Source: Lapillicoccus sp.
Lineage (GTDB): Bacteria; Actinomycetota; Actinomycetes; Actinomycetales; Dermatophilaceae
Reading direction: 5' to 3'
Assembly (NCBI RefSeq): GCF_036559105.1
Contig: NZ_DATBTV010000021.1
Coordinates: 1,689 to 65,688, forward strand
Length of the DNA stretch: 64,000 nt
Shown: one piece after another, positions 28,545-44,165 of the stretch
Layout: every line of letters begins with the position of its first letter
Numbering within the stretch: position 1 is the first letter of the stretch
The notes under the pieces: generated by a model
Seen by the model: only the letters and a program-made list of their open reading frames with translations
What the model was told of the DNA's origin: nothing
Database searches by the model: none
Translations under genes and position numbers: made by a program

Positions 28545-28797
28545 ACAAGCCTCCTGACTGCAGCACAACACCGATGGACGTGCAGGCCGCGCGTCCCCTT
28601 CAGGCGACCGGTGTCGGGTGACCGACCGCTCGACTCTAGAGGGCCAGCGCGCCCGCGTGGAAGGGGCCCCGACAAATTGACAGGCGCGGGTCCTGGGCGG
28701 GACCGGTAGGGGTCGTCGGAGTGCTCAGATGAGCCTCCGGTTGACCGAGTTTGGCCCACGATGCGACGTCCAAGAAGCCCCAGATCGGGCCGCCCGT

Positions 28798-29598
28798 ATG
28801 GTGACGCGCGTGCGCGCCGGATTCCCCGGGCTGGGGACGCTCATCAACGTCGTGGCCGTCGTCATCGGCGCTCTCGTCGGGATGGCCATCGGTCACCGGC
28901 TGCCCGAGCGGACCCGAGCCGTCGTCACCGACTGCCTCGGCCTGGTCACCCTCCTCGTCGCCGGCCTGTCCTGCGTCAGCGTCACGGACGCGTCGCTGGC
29001 CGCGGCGGTGGGGCCGGGTGTGCCGGTGCTCATCGTCCTCGGCTCGCTGATCATCGGCAGCATCGTCGGCTCGTTGCTGCGCATCGAGGAACGGCTGGCC
29101 GGCCTCGCCGGCGCGCTGCAGACCCGGGTGGCGCGGCGGATGCACTCGGCCGACGGGGAGACACCGGACGAGGCGCACGCGGCGCGGGAGCGGTTCATCG
29201 AGGGGTGGCTCACCGCCTCCCTGCTCTTCTGCGTGGGACCGCTGACCATCCTCGGCAGCATCTCCGACGGCCTCGGCCGTGGCATCGACCAGCTCGTCCT
29301 GAAGTCCGTCCTCGACGGCTTCGCCGCCCTGGCCTTCGCGTCGACGTTCGGGGTCGGCGTCCTGCTCTCCGCTCTCTCGGTCGCCGTCATCCAGGGGGCG
29401 CTGACCGTCGTCGGGGTGCAGCTCGGCTCGGTCCTGCCGGACGCGCACATCGCGGCCCTCACCGCCACCGGCGGCCTGATGCTGGCCGGGATCGGTCTGC
29501 GGCTACTCAAGATCCGCGATATCCCCGTCGGCAACATGCTGCCCGCGCTGGTCGTTGCGCCGTTGCTCACCCAGCTGGTGGTCGTGATCCGCGGCTGA
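28798..29598 (+). CDS. DUF554 family membrane protein (YdfK/YqgA-like)
   Basis: Start at ATG 28798. GTLINVVAVVIGALVG...GPLTILGSISDGL...LKSVLDGFAALAFAS are DUF554 hallmarks. Confidence 0.75.
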   Translation: MVTRVRAGFPGLGTLINVVAVVIGALVGMAIGHRLPERTRAVVTDCLGLVTLLVAGLSCVSVTDASLAAAVGPGVPVLIVLGSLIIGSIVGSLLRIEERLAGLAGALQTRVARRMHSADGETPDEAHAARERFIEGWLTASLLFCVGPLTILGSISDGLGRGIDQLVLKSVLDGFAALAFASTFGVGVLLSALSVAVIQGALTVVGVQLGSVLPDAHIAALTATGGLMLAGIGLRLLKIRDIPVGNMLPALVVAPLLTQLVVVIRG

Positions 29599-29849
29599 CC
29601 GCCAACGAAGCGGATCGTGGTGACGAGCTGACTCCAGGGGGTCGCCTCCCGATGGAGCGAGATCAGCGCCAGGACACCAACTTCGCTCCGCTGGGGCAAG
29701 CCGCCTAGCGCGGTGAGCGCAAAGGAGGAGCGGGCGGTGGGGGCACCTCCCGCTTGCGGGGGAGCGCCGGAGCGTGCGGAGGCGCGGATGGTCTGCTGCG
29801 CGAGGCATACCCCCGGTCCGACGGACGGGGCGAAAAGGGGGCCAGACCG

Positions 29850-30605
29850 CTACTTGGTCGCCGGCATCTGCGAGATGACCGCGTCGGCCACCTCGCGCAT
29901 ACCGAGCCGGCGGTCCATGGCCGTCTTCTGGATCCACCGGAACGCGTCGGCCTCGGACAGCTTGAGCCGCGTCATGAGGATGCCCTTGGCCCGGTCGACC
30001 GCCTTGCGGGTCTCGAGCCGCTCGCCGAGGTCGGCGATCTCGCCCTCGAGCGCCTTGAGCTCGGCCCACCGCGACGTGGCGATGTCGACCGCGGGTGCGA
30101 GGTCGGCCTGGGTGAACGGCTTGACGATGTAGGCCATGACACCCGCGTCACGCGCGCGCTCGACGAGCTCCTTCTGGCTGAACGCGGTCAGCATGATGAC
30201 CGGCGCGATGCGCTCCTTGCCGATCTGCTCGGCGGCGCTGATCCCGTCGAGGACCGGCATCTTGACGTCCATGATGACGACGTCAGGGCGGTGCTCCTGG
30301 ACCAGCGCCACGGCCTGCTCACCGTCGCTCGCCTGCCCCACGACGTCGTAGCCCAGCTCGGCGAGCATCTCGGCGAGGTCGAGGCGGATCAGGGCCTCGT
30401 CCTCGGCCACGACGATGCGCAGCCCACCGATCCCGGCGCTGGTCGGCGGTTCCTGGTTCGTCGGTTCCTGGATCGTCGGTTCCTGGATCGTCGGCTCCGG
30501 TGCGGTCGGCACGGGGGCCTGCTCCGGCTCGGTCGGCGTCGGCGCTGCCGCGGCCTTGGTGGACGCGGCCTTCTTCGGCGCTGCCGGAGTGGGCTTCTCG
30601 CTCAT
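29850..30605 (-). CDS. pdtaR: ANTAR-domain response regulator with a Pro/Thr/Glu-rich N-terminal extension
   Basis: Receiver domain [19 protein letters not shown]...[15 protein letters not shown] domain [34 protein letters not shown]. Position relative to polA matches Mtb Rv1626. Confidence 0.85.
   Translation of the reverse strand: MSEKPTPAAPKKAASTKAAAAPTPTEPEQAPVPTAPEPTIQEPTIQEPTNQEPPTSAGIGGLRIVVAEDEALIRLDLAEMLAELGYDVVGQASDGEQAVALVQEHRPDVVIMDVKMPVLDGISAAEQIGKERIAPVIMLTAFSQKELVERARDAGVMAYIVKPFTQADLAPAVDIATSRWAELKALEGEIADLGERLETRKAVDRAKGILMTRLKLSEADAFRWIQKTAMDRRLGMREVADAVISQMPATK
30447..30500. repeat. 15-bp tandem repeat, about 3.6 copies, in frame within the pdtaR N-terminal extension
   Basis: CGGTTCCTGGWTCGT repeated. 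Encodes (EPTIQ)2 EPTNQEP on the minus strand. Confidence 0.8.
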
Positions 30606-30640
30606 GACCGGAAGCCTATCGGTGTGCGACGATCCTTCTC

Positions 30641-31732
30641 ATGCGCAGGGAACCGGGGGAACCCGCGCCCGGCGAGGCGGTCGAGCCCACGACGACGGCG
30701 AACGTGCCGTCGCCACCCAACCCACGCCAGTGGGGGCCGATCCGCGACGCCGAGGGCGCTGGACACATCGAGCTGTTCCTTGTCGCCACGGTCGTCACGA
30801 TCACCGTGACCCGCCTCTACCTCCAGGCGACCGGCTTCCCGCAGATCGGCGGCGCCGGCGGCCTGCACGTGGCCCACGTCCTGTTCGGCGGCGTGTTCAT
30901 GCTCGGCGCGATGGTGATGTTCATGCTCTTCCTGGGGCGTTCCTCGCGCTGGTTGGCCTCGCTCCTCGCGGGCATCGGCTTCGGGCTGTTCATCGACGAG
31001 GTGGGCAAGTTCCTCACGCAGGACAACAACTACTTCTTCAAGCCGGCGGCCGCCGTGATGTACCTCTTCATCGTCCTCGTCTACGTGTTCAGCGCCTTCC
31101 TCGTGCGCCGGCGCGCCCTTTCGGACCGCGAGCTCGTCGTCAACTCGCTCAAGATGATGCAGGAGATGGCCGCCGACAACCTCGACGCCTACGAGGCCTC
31201 CGAGATGAGGCGGATGCTCGCAGCCGCCTCCCCCACCGAGCCGCTGCGCAACCCCCTGGTCGACCTCCTCGAGACCGTCGACCGGGAGCCCATCGCGGTC
31301 GGCCGGATCAACCGTGTGTACGTCTGGGTCCGGCGGCGCGCCATCGGCCTGGCCCGGTTGTCGCTGCTCCAGCGGACGGGCGTCGTGCTCTTCCAGATCG
31401 TCATCCTGCTGTCCGTCGTCAAGCCGACCCAGGAGCTGGTCGACAGCCCGTCGACGTTCGCCGGCGTCTGGGCGGGGGCGGCCTGGCTGGTGTTCGCGAT
31501 GGGCGTGGCGGCGACGGTCCTGTACTACCGCGGCCAACACGTGCGGTCGCTCCAGATCTTCGCGCTGGCCCTCACGCTGGAGCTGCTGGTGGTCCAGTTC
31601 TTCGAGCTGCTGGACGAACCGTGGCTCGGCGTCGGCCGGGTGCTCATCAACGTCGTGCTGCTCGGTGTCTGCCACTCGATGCTCTACCGGGAACAGCACC
31701 TGAAGTCCGGGCCGGTCAACCCGTCGCCGTAG
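30641..31732 (+). CDS. hypothetical polytopic membrane protein
   Basis: 363-aa ORF with about 7 hydrophobic helices. No family recognised. Divergent from pdtaR with only a 35-nt spacer. Confidence 0.6.
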   Translation: MRREPGEPAPGEAVEPTTTANVPSPPNPRQWGPIRDAEGAGHIELFLVATVVTITVTRLYLQATGFPQIGGAGGLHVAHVLFGGVFMLGAMVMFMLFLGRSSRWLASLLAGIGFGLFIDEVGKFLTQDNNYFFKPAAAVMYLFIVLVYVFSAFLVRRRALSDRELVVNSLKMMQEMAADNLDAYEASEMRRMLAAASPTEPLRNPLVDLLETVDREPIAVGRINRVYVWVRRRAIGLARLSLLQRTGVVLFQIVILLSVVKPTQELVDSPSTFAGVWAGAAWLVFAMGVAATVLYYRGQHVRSLQIFALALTLELLVVQFFELLDEPWLGVGRVLINVVLLGVCHSMLYREQHLKSGPVNPSP

Positions 31733-31758
31733 CACCACCACCGGGACGTCGGCGCCGA

Positions 31759-31844
31759 TGGTGCCGGGAGCGGGACTCGAACCCGCACAGCCTTGCGGCC
31801 AGAGCATTTTGAGTGCCCCGTGTCTGCCATTCCACCACCCCGGC
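31759..31844 (-). tRNA. tRNA-Leu (anticodon CAA), CCA encoded
   Basis: The reverse complement GCCGGGGTGGTGGAATGGCAGACACGGGGCACTCAAAATGCTCTGGCCGCAAGGCTGTGCGGGTTCGAGTCCCGCTCCCGGCACCA folds as a type II tRNA with a long variable arm. The anticodon loop is CTCAAAA. Confidence 0.9.
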
Positions 31845-31990
31845 CGGGACGCTCCCGCCCGGGGAGCGCGCCAGAAGCATACCGAGGCCGAGCCGGTCGG
31901 GGTCCCCGCGAAGCATCGGAGCGAAGCGTGGGCCCCCGCAACGTTCGGAGCGCAGCGAAGAGCGTTGCCGGGAGAACTTTGTGGGGTGAC

Positions 31991-33445
31991 TCAGTAGACC
32001 GCGAAGTCCTCGTAGGCCGGGGCCACCTTGTTCTTCGCGTCACCGATCCGGTGCACCCGCAACGCGTTGGTGGAGCCGGGAATGCCGGGGGGCGAGCCGG
32101 CGACGATGATGACGCGGTCGCCCTCCTCGCACCGGCCGGAGTCGAGCAGCTCCTTGTCCACCTCGAGGGCCATCTGGTCGGTGTGCCTGGCCATCGGCAC
32201 GATGAACGTCTCGATGCCCCACACCAGCGCGAGCTGGGAACGGGTCGCGGCGATCGGCGTGAACGCCAGCATCGGCAACCGGGACCGTAGCCGGGAGAGT
32301 CGCTTCGCGGAGTCGCCGGACTGCGTGAACGTCACGAGGTACTTCACGCCGAGCAGCTCGCCGACCTCGACGGCCGCCCAAGTGACCGCGCCGCCGGTGG
32401 TGTGCGGGCGAGTGCCGAGGGGGTGGATCCGCTCGAGGCCGTGGTCCTCGGTGGCCTCGATGATGCGGGCCATGGTCCTGACCGCCTGGACCGGCCACGC
32501 GCCGACGCTGGTCTCGCCGGACAGCATGATCGCGTCGGCGCCGTCGAGGACCGCGTTGGCGCAGTCGCTGGTCTCCGCCCGGGTGGGGCGGGAGTTCTCG
32601 ATCATCGACTCGAGGACCTGGGTCGCGACGATCACCGGCTTGGCCATCTGGCGGGCGATCTCGACGGCGTTCTTCTGGACGAGCGGCACGTCCTCGAGCG
32701 GCAGCTCGACGCCGAGGTCGCCACGGGCGACCATCACGCCGTCGAACGCGTCGATGATCTCGCGGAGGTTGTCGACCGCCTGGGGCTTCTCGATCTTGGC
32801 GATGACGGGCAGGCGCTTGCCCTCCTCGTCCATGATCTTCTGCACGTCGTCGAGGTCGGCCGCCGACCGGACGAAGGACAGCGCGATGAGGTCGACGCCC
32901 AGCCGCAGGGCCCACCGCAGGTCGTCGATGTCCTTCTCCGACATGGCCGGGACGCTGACCGCCACCCCGGGGAGGTTGATGCCCTTGTTGTTCGAGATGA
33001 CCCCGCCCTCGATCGCCTCGGTGACGATGTCGGTGGCCGTCACCTCGACCGCGCGCAGACTGACCTTGCCGTCGTCGATGAGCAGCACGTCGCCGGCCTT
33101 CACGTCGCCGGGCATGCCCTTGTAGGTCGTGCTCACGCGCTCCTGGTCGCCGGGCACGTCGTCGACGGTGATGGTGAACCGGTCGCCGGGCGCGAGGCTG
33201 ATCGGACCGTTGGCGAACCGGCCGGTGCGGATCTTCGGCCCCTGCAGGTCGACGAGGATCCCGACCGCCCGACCGGTGACGTCGCTGGCCTCGCGCACGG
33301 CGCGGTAGACGCCCTCGTGCACGGGGTAGTCGCCGTGCGACAGGTTGAGGCGGGCGATGTCCATACCCGCCTCGACGAGCGCGAGGATCTGCTTCGAGGA
33401 CGACGTCGCAGGGCCCAGCGTGCAGACGATCTTGGCGCGGCGCAT
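31991..33445 (-). CDS. pyk: pyruvate kinase
   Basis: MRRAKIVCTLGPA...ARLNLSHG...VDLQGPKIRTG...MVARGDLGVE. Confidence 0.95.
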   Translation of the reverse strand: MRRAKIVCTLGPATSSSKQILALVEAGMDIARLNLSHGDYPVHEGVYRAVREASDVTGRAVGILVDLQGPKIRTGRFANGPISLAPGDRFTITVDDVPGDQERVSTTYKGMPGDVKAGDVLLIDDGKVSLRAVEVTATDIVTEAIEGGVISNNKGINLPGVAVSVPAMSEKDIDDLRWALRLGVDLIALSFVRSAADLDDVQKIMDEEGKRLPVIAKIEKPQAVDNLREIIDAFDGVMVARGDLGVELPLEDVPLVQKNAVEIARQMAKPVIVATQVLESMIENSRPTRAETSDCANAVLDGADAIMLSGETSVGAWPVQAVRTMARIIEATEDHGLERIHPLGTRPHTTGGAVTWAAVEVGELLGVKYLVTFTQSGDSAKRLSRLRSRLPMLAFTPIAATRSQLALVWGIETFIVPMARHTDQMALEVDKELLDSGRCEEGDRVIIVAGSPPGIPGSTNALRVHRIGDAKNKVAPAYEDFAVY

Positions 33446-33541
33446 ACGCGAAACCCTATGACCTACGCCTGAGTACGCGCGGAGCCACCGTCGCTCGTCC
33501 CACCACCTGGGCAGCGGGCGGGCAACCGGGTGTGCGGGTGC

Positions 33542-34991
33542 TCAGACGAGCAGCGGTCGGTCGGTCGGGTTGATCGGGCGGGGCAGCTGGCTGGACCCGG
33601 TGAGCCACTGGTCGACGCCGTTGGCGGCGGCCCGGCCCTCGGCGATGGCCCACACGATGAGCGACTGTCCACGTCCGGCGTCCCCGGCGACGAAGACGCC
33701 CGGCACGGAGGACATGAAGTGCTTGTCGCGCTTGACGTTCGACCGTTCGTCGAGGTCGACGCCGAGCTGCTCGACGAGTCCCGGCTTCTCCGGTCCGAGG
33801 AACCCCATGGCGAGGAGCACCAGCTGCGTCGGGATCTCCCGCTCGCTCCCCTCGACCGGCTCGAACCGGCCGCCCCGCATCTCGACCTCGACCAGCTTCA
33901 GCGCGCGGACGCGCCCGTCGTCGTCGCCGAGGAACCGCTCGGTGTTGACGGCGTAGACCCGGTCACCGCCCTCCTCGTGGGCGCTCGAGACGCGGTAGGT
34001 CATCGGGTAGGTGGGCCAGGGCTGGCCCGACGGCCGCTCCTCGGTGGGCCGCGGCATGATCTCGAGCTGCGTCACCGATCGGGCGCCCTGGCGGTGCGCC
34101 GTACCGAGGCAGTCGGCGCCGGTGTCGCCACCGCCGATGATGACGACGTCGAGGCCGGTGGCGAGGATCTGGTCGGGCACCGACTGGCCGAGGGCCGCGC
34201 GGTTGCCCTGCGGGAGGTACTCCATGGCCTGGTAGACGCCCCGGAGCTCGCGGCCCGGCACCGGCAGGTCGCGCGCGACGGTGGCGCCGATGGCCAGCAC
34301 CACCGCGTCGTAACGGTCGACCAGCTGCTGCCCGGTGATCTCGTCACCGACGCTCACCCCACTACGGAAGCGCGTGCCCTCGGCCTCCATCTGGGCGAGC
34401 CGACGGTCGAGCACCGACTTCTCCATCTTGAACTCGGGGATGCCGTAGCGCAGCAGTCCCCCGGGCTTCTCTCCGCGCTCGTAGACCGCGACGGTATGCC
34501 CGGCGCGGGTGAGCTGCTGGGCGGCGGCGAGGCCGGCGGGCCCGGACCCGATGACCGCGACGGTCTTGCCGGACAGCCGCTCCGGCGGCTGCGGCGTGAC
34601 CAGGCCGCCCTCGAAGGCCTGCTCGATGGTCGTGACCTCGACCTGCTTGATGGTCACCGCGGGCTGGTTGATGCCGAGCACGCACGCCGTCTCGCACGGT
34701 GCCGGACAGAGCCGACCGGTGAACTCCGGGAAGTTGTTCGTCGCGTGCAGGCGTTCGATGGCCTCGGTCCAGTCGCCGCGCCACGCCAGGTCGTTCCACT
34801 CCGGGATGAGGTTGCCCAGCGGACAACCGTTGTGGCAGAACGGGATTCCGCAGTCCATGCAGCGTCCGGCCTGGCGCTGGAGCTGTCCGAGCTCTTGCTC
34901 CTGGTAGACCTCGTGCCAGTCCTTGATGCGGACCGGGACGGGTCGCCGCGTCGGCAGCTCCCGCTCACGGACCTTGAGAAAGCCTTGTGGG

Positions 34992-34999
<8 letters not shown>
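33542..34999 (-). CDS. gltD: glutamate synthase small subunit (NADPH)
   Basis: Fe-S Cys cluster [10 protein letters not shown]...GCPLGN. Dinucleotide fold [14 protein letters not shown]. 8-nt overlap with gltB. Confidence 0.95.
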
Positions 35000-39599
<4,600 letters not shown>

Positions 39600-39771
39600 G
39601 TCACCGTCCTGACGTTCCTGTCGGTCTCACGACCAACCAGTGACTCGGGCAGATGACGCGTCTCGCCGCGCTGCGTGAGCGGGCCGGTCGGCGTCAGTGG
39701 CGGCTGGGCGGCGTCGGCCAGTGCGGGGACAGGATATCGGTCGCGTCAAGCGTCCTATATTCCGGGACGAC

Positions 39772-40677
39772 TCATTCCGAATGTTGAGATTCGGCCTGTT
39801 TCGCGGGTTCCTCGGGGTCGGATTCGGGCTCCGGTTCGTCCTGGTCCTCCGGTCGGCGTCCGAACCAGACGTAGAGGAACACGCCCAGCAGGAACACCAG
39901 GACCGACACCCAGGAGTTCACCCGCAACCCGAGGATGTGGTTGGCATCGTCGGTGCGCATGACCTCGATGACCCCGCGCCCGATGGGGTACCCCGCGACG
40001 TAGAGCGCGAAGATCTGGCCGCGGCGGAAGTCGTGCCGGCGGTCCAGCCAGATCAGCAGCCCCGCGAGCAGGACGCAGAAGATCGCCTCGTACAGGAAGG
40101 TCGGGTGGAAGACGCCCAGGACGATCGGGTTGCCGTTGGCGTCGAGGACGGCGTGCCCGGCGGACTGGTCCCACTCGTAGACCTTGAGGCCCCACGGCAG
40201 GTCGGTCGGCGCTCCGTGGATCTCGTTGTTGAAGTAGTTGCCGAACCGGCCCATCGCCTGAGCGACGAGCACCCCGGGGGCGGCGGCGTCGACGAAGTCG
40301 AGGAAGCGGACCCCCTGGCGCCGGCAGCCGATGTACGCGCCCAGCGCGCCGAGAGCGATCGCCCCCCAGATGCCGAGACCGCCCTCCCACACCTTCCAGG
40401 CGTTCCACGGGTTCCCGCCCTCGCCGAAGTAGGCCTGGGGCGACGTGATGAGGTGGTAGATCCGGCCCCCGACGATGCCGAAGGGCACGGCCCAGGCCGC
40501 GATGTCGAGGACCTGACCCGGCTTCCCACCGCGGTCGGCAAGCCGCTTCTGGGTCATCCAGATCGCGACGAGGATCCCGGCCAGGATGCACATGGCGTAG
40601 GCGCGGACGGGCAGCGGCCCGAGGTTCCAGACCCCGGTCGTGGGGCTGGGGATCTCGAGGGGCAGAGCGGTGAGCAT
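39772..40677 (-). CDS. lgt: prolipoprotein diacylglyceryl transferase
   Basis: GGLGIWGAIALGA, GRFGNYFNNE and HPTFLYE signatures. ATGA overlap with trpA. Confidence 0.93.
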   Translation of the reverse strand: MLTALPLEIPSPTTGVWNLGPLPVRAYAMCILAGILVAIWMTQKRLADRGGKPGQVLDIAAWAVPFGIVGGRIYHLITSPQAYFGEGGNPWNAWKVWEGGLGIWGAIALGALGAYIGCRRQGVRFLDFVDAAAPGVLVAQAMGRFGNYFNNEIHGAPTDLPWGLKVYEWDQSAGHAVLDANGNPIVLGVFHPTFLYEAIFCVLLAGLLIWLDRRHDFRRGQIFALYVAGYPIGRGVIEVMRTDDANHILGLRVNSWVSVLVFLLGVFLYVWFGRRPEDQDEPEPESDPEEPAKQAESQHSE

Positions 40678-41492
40678 CAGGAGGTCGCCACCCTTTCGCG
40701 GCTACGGCGGACCCCGGCGGCCAGGTCGCCGACGAGGTCCCGGAGACGGTCGATGCCCTCCTCGGGAGTGGCGGCGTCGACGAGCGTCCGGACGAGCGCA
40801 GACCCGACGATGACCCCGTCGGCGAACTCGCCGACCACGGCGGCCTGGTCGCCGTTGGAGATCCCGAGCCCGACGCATACCGGGAGATCGGTGACCGCGC
40901 GGGTCCGGGCGACCAGTGACTCGGCGGCGGAGCCGACCGTCGCCCGGGTGCCGGTGACCCCCATGAGCGAGGCGGCGTAGACGAACCCGCGGCTGTGCGA
41001 CGTCGCGTTGACGAGACGCTCCGGGGTCGAGCTGGGCGCGACGAGGAAGACGCGGTCGAGGCCGTAGGCGTCGGAGGCGGCGAGCCAGTCGGCCGCCTCG
41101 TCGGGGATCAGGTCGGGGGTGATGAGGCCCGCGGCACCGCTGGCCGCCAGGTCGCGAGCGAAGGCGTCCACGCCTCGGCGCAGGACCGGGTTCCAGTAGG
41201 TCATGACGAGGGCCGGTGCGCCGGTGTCGGCGACGGCGCGGCAGGCCGTGAAGACGTCGTCGACGCGGGTGCCGGCGGTGAGGGCGCCCTCGGCGGCGCG
41301 CTGGACGACGGGTCCGTCCATGAGCGGGTCGCTGTAGGGCAGTCCGACCTCGACGATGTCGACGCCGGCCTCGACCATGGCGGTCATGGCCGCGATGGAG
41401 CCGGGGACGTCGGGATAGCCGACCGGGAGGTACCCGACGAGAGCGGCCCGGCCCTCCGCCCGGCACGCCTCGATGGTGTCGCGGACGTTCAC
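40677..41492 (-). CDS. trpA: tryptophan synthase alpha chain
   Basis: Start at GTG 41492, overlapping the trpB stop (GTGA). [18 protein letters not shown]; [13 protein letters not shown]. Confidence 0.93.
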   Translation of the reverse strand: MNVRDTIEACRAEGRAALVGYLPVGYPDVPGSIAAMTAMVEAGVDIVEVGLPYSDPLMDGPVVQRAAEGALTAGTRVDDVFTACRAVADTGAPALVMTYWNPVLRRGVDAFARDLAASGAAGLITPDLIPDEAADWLAASDAYGLDRVFLVAPSSTPERLVNATSHSRGFVYAASLMGVTGTRATVGSAAESLVARTRAVTDLPVCVGLGISNGDQAAVVGEFADGVIVGSALVRTLVDAATPEEGIDRLRDLVGDLAAGVRRSRERVATS

Positions 41493-42718
41493 GCCTGCAC
41501 CCCGATCCCCTTGGCGTGCGGCTCCTCGGGCGGCGCCTCGCCGTCCAGCAGCCCGAACCAGGTCGCGGCGGTGTGGACGTCCTTGTCGCCGCGGCCGGAG
41601 AGGTTGACCAGAAGGACGGCGTCGCGGCCGAGCTCCTGGCCGACCTGCATCGCGCCGGCCAGCGCGTGGCTGGACTCGATGGCGGGGATGATCCCCTCGG
41701 TCCGGCAAAGCAGGCGGAACGCCTCCATCGCCTGCTCGTCGGTGATCGAGCGGTACTCGGCACGACCGCTCTCCAGCAGGTATGCGTGCTCCGGGCCGAC
41801 GCTGGGGTAGTCCAGTCCCGCGGAGACCGAGTGGGACTCCACCGTCTGCCCGTCGTCGTCCTGCATGACGTAGGTGAACGCACCGTGCAGGACGCCGGGG
41901 ATGCCGGACGCGAACCGCGAGGCGTGGCGCCCCGAGGCGACGCCCTCTCCCCCGGCCTCGAGTCCGACCAGCCGGACGCCGCTGTCGTCGATGAACCGGT
42001 GGAAGATGCCCATCGCGTTGGACCCGCCACCGACGCACGCGAGGACGACGTCCGGGAGCCGGCCGACCAGGTCGAGGACCTGGGCGCGGGCCTCGATGCC
42101 GATGATGCGGTGGAAGTCGCGGACCATCTCCGGGAACGGGTGCGGGCCGGTCACGGTGCCGAGGACGTAGTGGGTGTCGTCGACGGAGGCGACCCAGTCA
42201 CGGAGCGCCTCGTTGACGGCGTCCTTGAGGGTCTGGCTGCCCGTGGTGACCGGGACGACCTCCGCGCCGAGCAGCCGCATCCGCGCGACGTTGAGGGCCT
42301 GCCGCTCGGTGTCGACCCTGCCCATGTAGACGGTGCAGTCGAGCCCGAGGAGCGCAGCGGCCGTCGCGGTGGCGACGCCGTGCTGGCCGGCACCGGTCTC
42401 GGCGATGACGCGGGACTTGCCCATCCGCTTGGTCAGCAGGGCCTGGCCGAGGACGTTGTTGATCTTGTGCGAGCCGGTGTGGTTGAGGTCCTCGCGTTTG
42501 AGGATCACCCGGGCGCCGCCGGCGTGCTCGGCGAAGCGCGGTACCTCGGTGATGATGCTCGGCCGCCCGGTGTAGGTACGGTGCAGTCGCTCCAGCTCCC
42601 CGACGAACTCGGGGTCGACCATCGCCTTGAGGCGGACCTCGTCGAGCTGTTCCAGGGCGGGGATCAGGGCTTCGGGGACGAACCGCCCGCCGAACCTGCC
42701 GAACCGTCCGGTGGTCAC
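41489..42718 (-). CDS. trpB: tryptophan synthase beta chain
   Basis: PLP-Lys motif [11 protein letters not shown]; GGGSNAMG. Confidence 0.97.
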   Translation of the reverse strand: MTTGRFGRFGGRFVPEALIPALEQLDEVRLKAMVDPEFVGELERLHRTYTGRPSIITEVPRFAEHAGGARVILKREDLNHTGSHKINNVLGQALLTKRMGKSRVIAETGAGQHGVATATAAALLGLDCTVYMGRVDTERQALNVARMRLLGAEVVPVTTGSQTLKDAVNEALRDWVASVDDTHYVLGTVTGPHPFPEMVRDFHRIIGIEARAQVLDLVGRLPDVVLACVGGGSNAMGIFHRFIDDSGVRLVGLEAGGEGVASGRHASRFASGIPGVLHGAFTYVMQDDDGQTVESHSVSAGLDYPSVGPEHAYLLESGRAEYRSITDEQAMEAFRLLCRTEGIIPAIESSHALAGAMQVGQELGRDAVLLVNLSGRGDKDVHTAATWFGLLDGEAPPEEPHAKGIGVQA

Positions 42719-43557
42719 GCGCTCACCCGACGCTTCCGCCGGGTCCCGGGCGTGGCGCGGACCCCGACCGCCGCGAAGTCCCGGACCGCTCCGGCCGGGT
42801 CGCCACCGGTGACCAGGGCCTCGCCGACGAGCACCCCGTGGGCCCCGGCCGCCGCATACTCGCGGACGTCGTCGACACCTCGGACGCCCGACTCGGCGAT
42901 GGTGACGACGTCGTCGGGGATGTATCGGCGGAGCCGGGCGAACACCGATCGGTCGATCTCGAGGGTGCGCAGGTCACGGGCGTTGACCCCGATGACGGCG
43001 GCACCGGCGTCGACGGCGCGGCGGGTCTCGTCCTCGTCGTGGACCTCGACGAGAGCGGTCATGCCGAGCGACTCGGCGTGCTCCCGCAGCGTGACCAGGT
43101 CGTGTTGATCGAGGGACGCGACGATGAGCAGGACGACGTCGGCACCCCAGGCGCGGGCCTCGGTCACCTGGTACCTGGTCACGAGGAAGTCCTTGCGCAG
43201 CACCGGGATCGCGACCCGGCCGCGAACCGCGGCGAGGTCGTCAAGCGTGCCGGAGAACCGGCGCGGCTCGGTCAGCACGCTGACGGCGGTGGCGCCGCCC
43301 TGGGCGTAGGACGCGGCCAGCGTGGCGGGGTCGGGGATGTCGGCCAGGGCGCCCTTGCTCGGGCTGGACCGCTTGACCTCGGCGATCACCGCGATGCCGG
43401 GCTGCGACCGCAGGGCGGCCTCGGCGTCGAGCGCGGGCGGCGCCGCTGCGGCCCGGCGGTCCAGCTCAGCCTCCGGGACGGCCGCCATCCGCGGCGCGAG
43501 GTCCTCGCGGACGCCAGCGACAATGTCGTCCAACACGCTGCGGGTCACGTCGGGCAC
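42715..43557 (-). CDS. trpC: indole-3-glycerol phosphate synthase
   Basis: [26 protein letters not shown]. 4-nt overlap with trpB. Confidence 0.93.
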   Translation of the reverse strand: MPDVTRSVLDDIVAGVREDLAPRMAAVPEAELDRRAAAAPPALDAEAALRSQPGIAVIAEVKRSSPSKGALADIPDPATLAASYAQGGATAVSVLTEPRRFSGTLDDLAAVRGRVAIPVLRKDFLVTRYQVTEARAWGADVVLLIVASLDQHDLVTLREHAESLGMTALVEVHDEDETRRAVDAGAAVIGVNARDLRTLEIDRSVFARLRRYIPDDVVTIAESGVRGVDDVREYAAAGAHGVLVGEALVTGGDPAGAVRDFAAVGVRATPGTRRKRRVSA

Positions 43558-43667
43558 GACCCAAGGCTACGTGCCGCGCGCCGGGACGGCGGACGACGTC
43601 CCGGATGCCGCGCACTCGGCGGCAGCCCATCCGGCTGGACGGGGCCCGTGGCGAGTCGGGGGGCGAG

Positions 43668-43943
43668 TCAGGGGGCGAGGAACCCGGCGAGCGGCACGGC
43701 CGGCAGGTTCCGCCACACGGTGAAGACCAGCAGGACCGCGCCGAGGACGAGCCACCCACGGGTGCCGACCCGCGGCCACGAGTGCGGTCGGCCGGCCCAC
43801 GCGGCGCGCGTGCCGAGCGCCCACCAGACCGCGAGGACCGGGAGCAGGACGAGGACGACGACGTTGAACGACGCGGCCGCCGCGAGGTCGCCGTGGCTGA
43901 GCGCCGCAACGCAGCGCAGACCGCCGCAGAAGGGGCACCACAA
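43668..43943 (-). CDS. DUF2752 domain membrane protein (N-terminus unresolved)
   Basis: The track ORF starts at TTG 43943 (WCPFCGGLRCVAAL...). The conserved CP...TG..CP.CGG.R motif and a TM helix continue upstream in the same frame (GCPLHATTGLWCPFCGG) as far as the TAG at 44166-44168, with no ATG/GTG/TTG in between. Confidence 0.6.
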   Translation of the reverse strand: MWCPFCGGLRCVAALSHGDLAAAASFNVVVLVLLPVLAVWWALGTRAAWAGRPHSWPRVGTRGWLVLGAVLLVFTVWRNLPAVPLAGFLAP

Positions 43944-44165
43944 CCCCGTGGTCGCGTGCAGCGGGCAGCCGAGCAGACCGGCCGGTGCGACCGCATACCC
44001 GCCCGTGTGGTGCAGCCAGGCGGTCGCGGCGCCGACGGCGATCGCGCCACCGACCCACGGGGCGACCCGTCCGCCGACCCACGCGGCCCCGCGAGCAGGC
44101 CGCGCCCGGACCGCCGTGGCGGGTCCGGACGCGGCGAGCGTCGTCCTGCTGGTGCCCGTCGCCGG

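Noticed and set aside
29713-30132. Plus-strand ORF preceded by AAGGAGG in the DUF554-pdtaR intergenic region.
   Set aside because: Most of the ORF is antisense to the well-supported pdtaR gene. Its product is low-complexity (A/G/R/P) with no recognisable domain.
31845-31990. Genomic island or integrase next to tRNA-Leu, plus a repeated TCGGAGCGNAGCG motif and a GCAACG...CGTTGC hairpin.
   Set aside because: No integrase or att-like duplication of the tRNA 3' end was seen. The flanking genes (pyk and the membrane protein) are backbone genes. The short GC-rich motif is expected by chance at this composition. The hairpin is most simply the pyk terminator.
39600-39771. GlnR-type operator upstream of gltB.
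   Set aside because: I found no convincing gTnAc-N6-GaAAc pair. There is only an AT-richer patch with a TTGACG -35-like hexamer.
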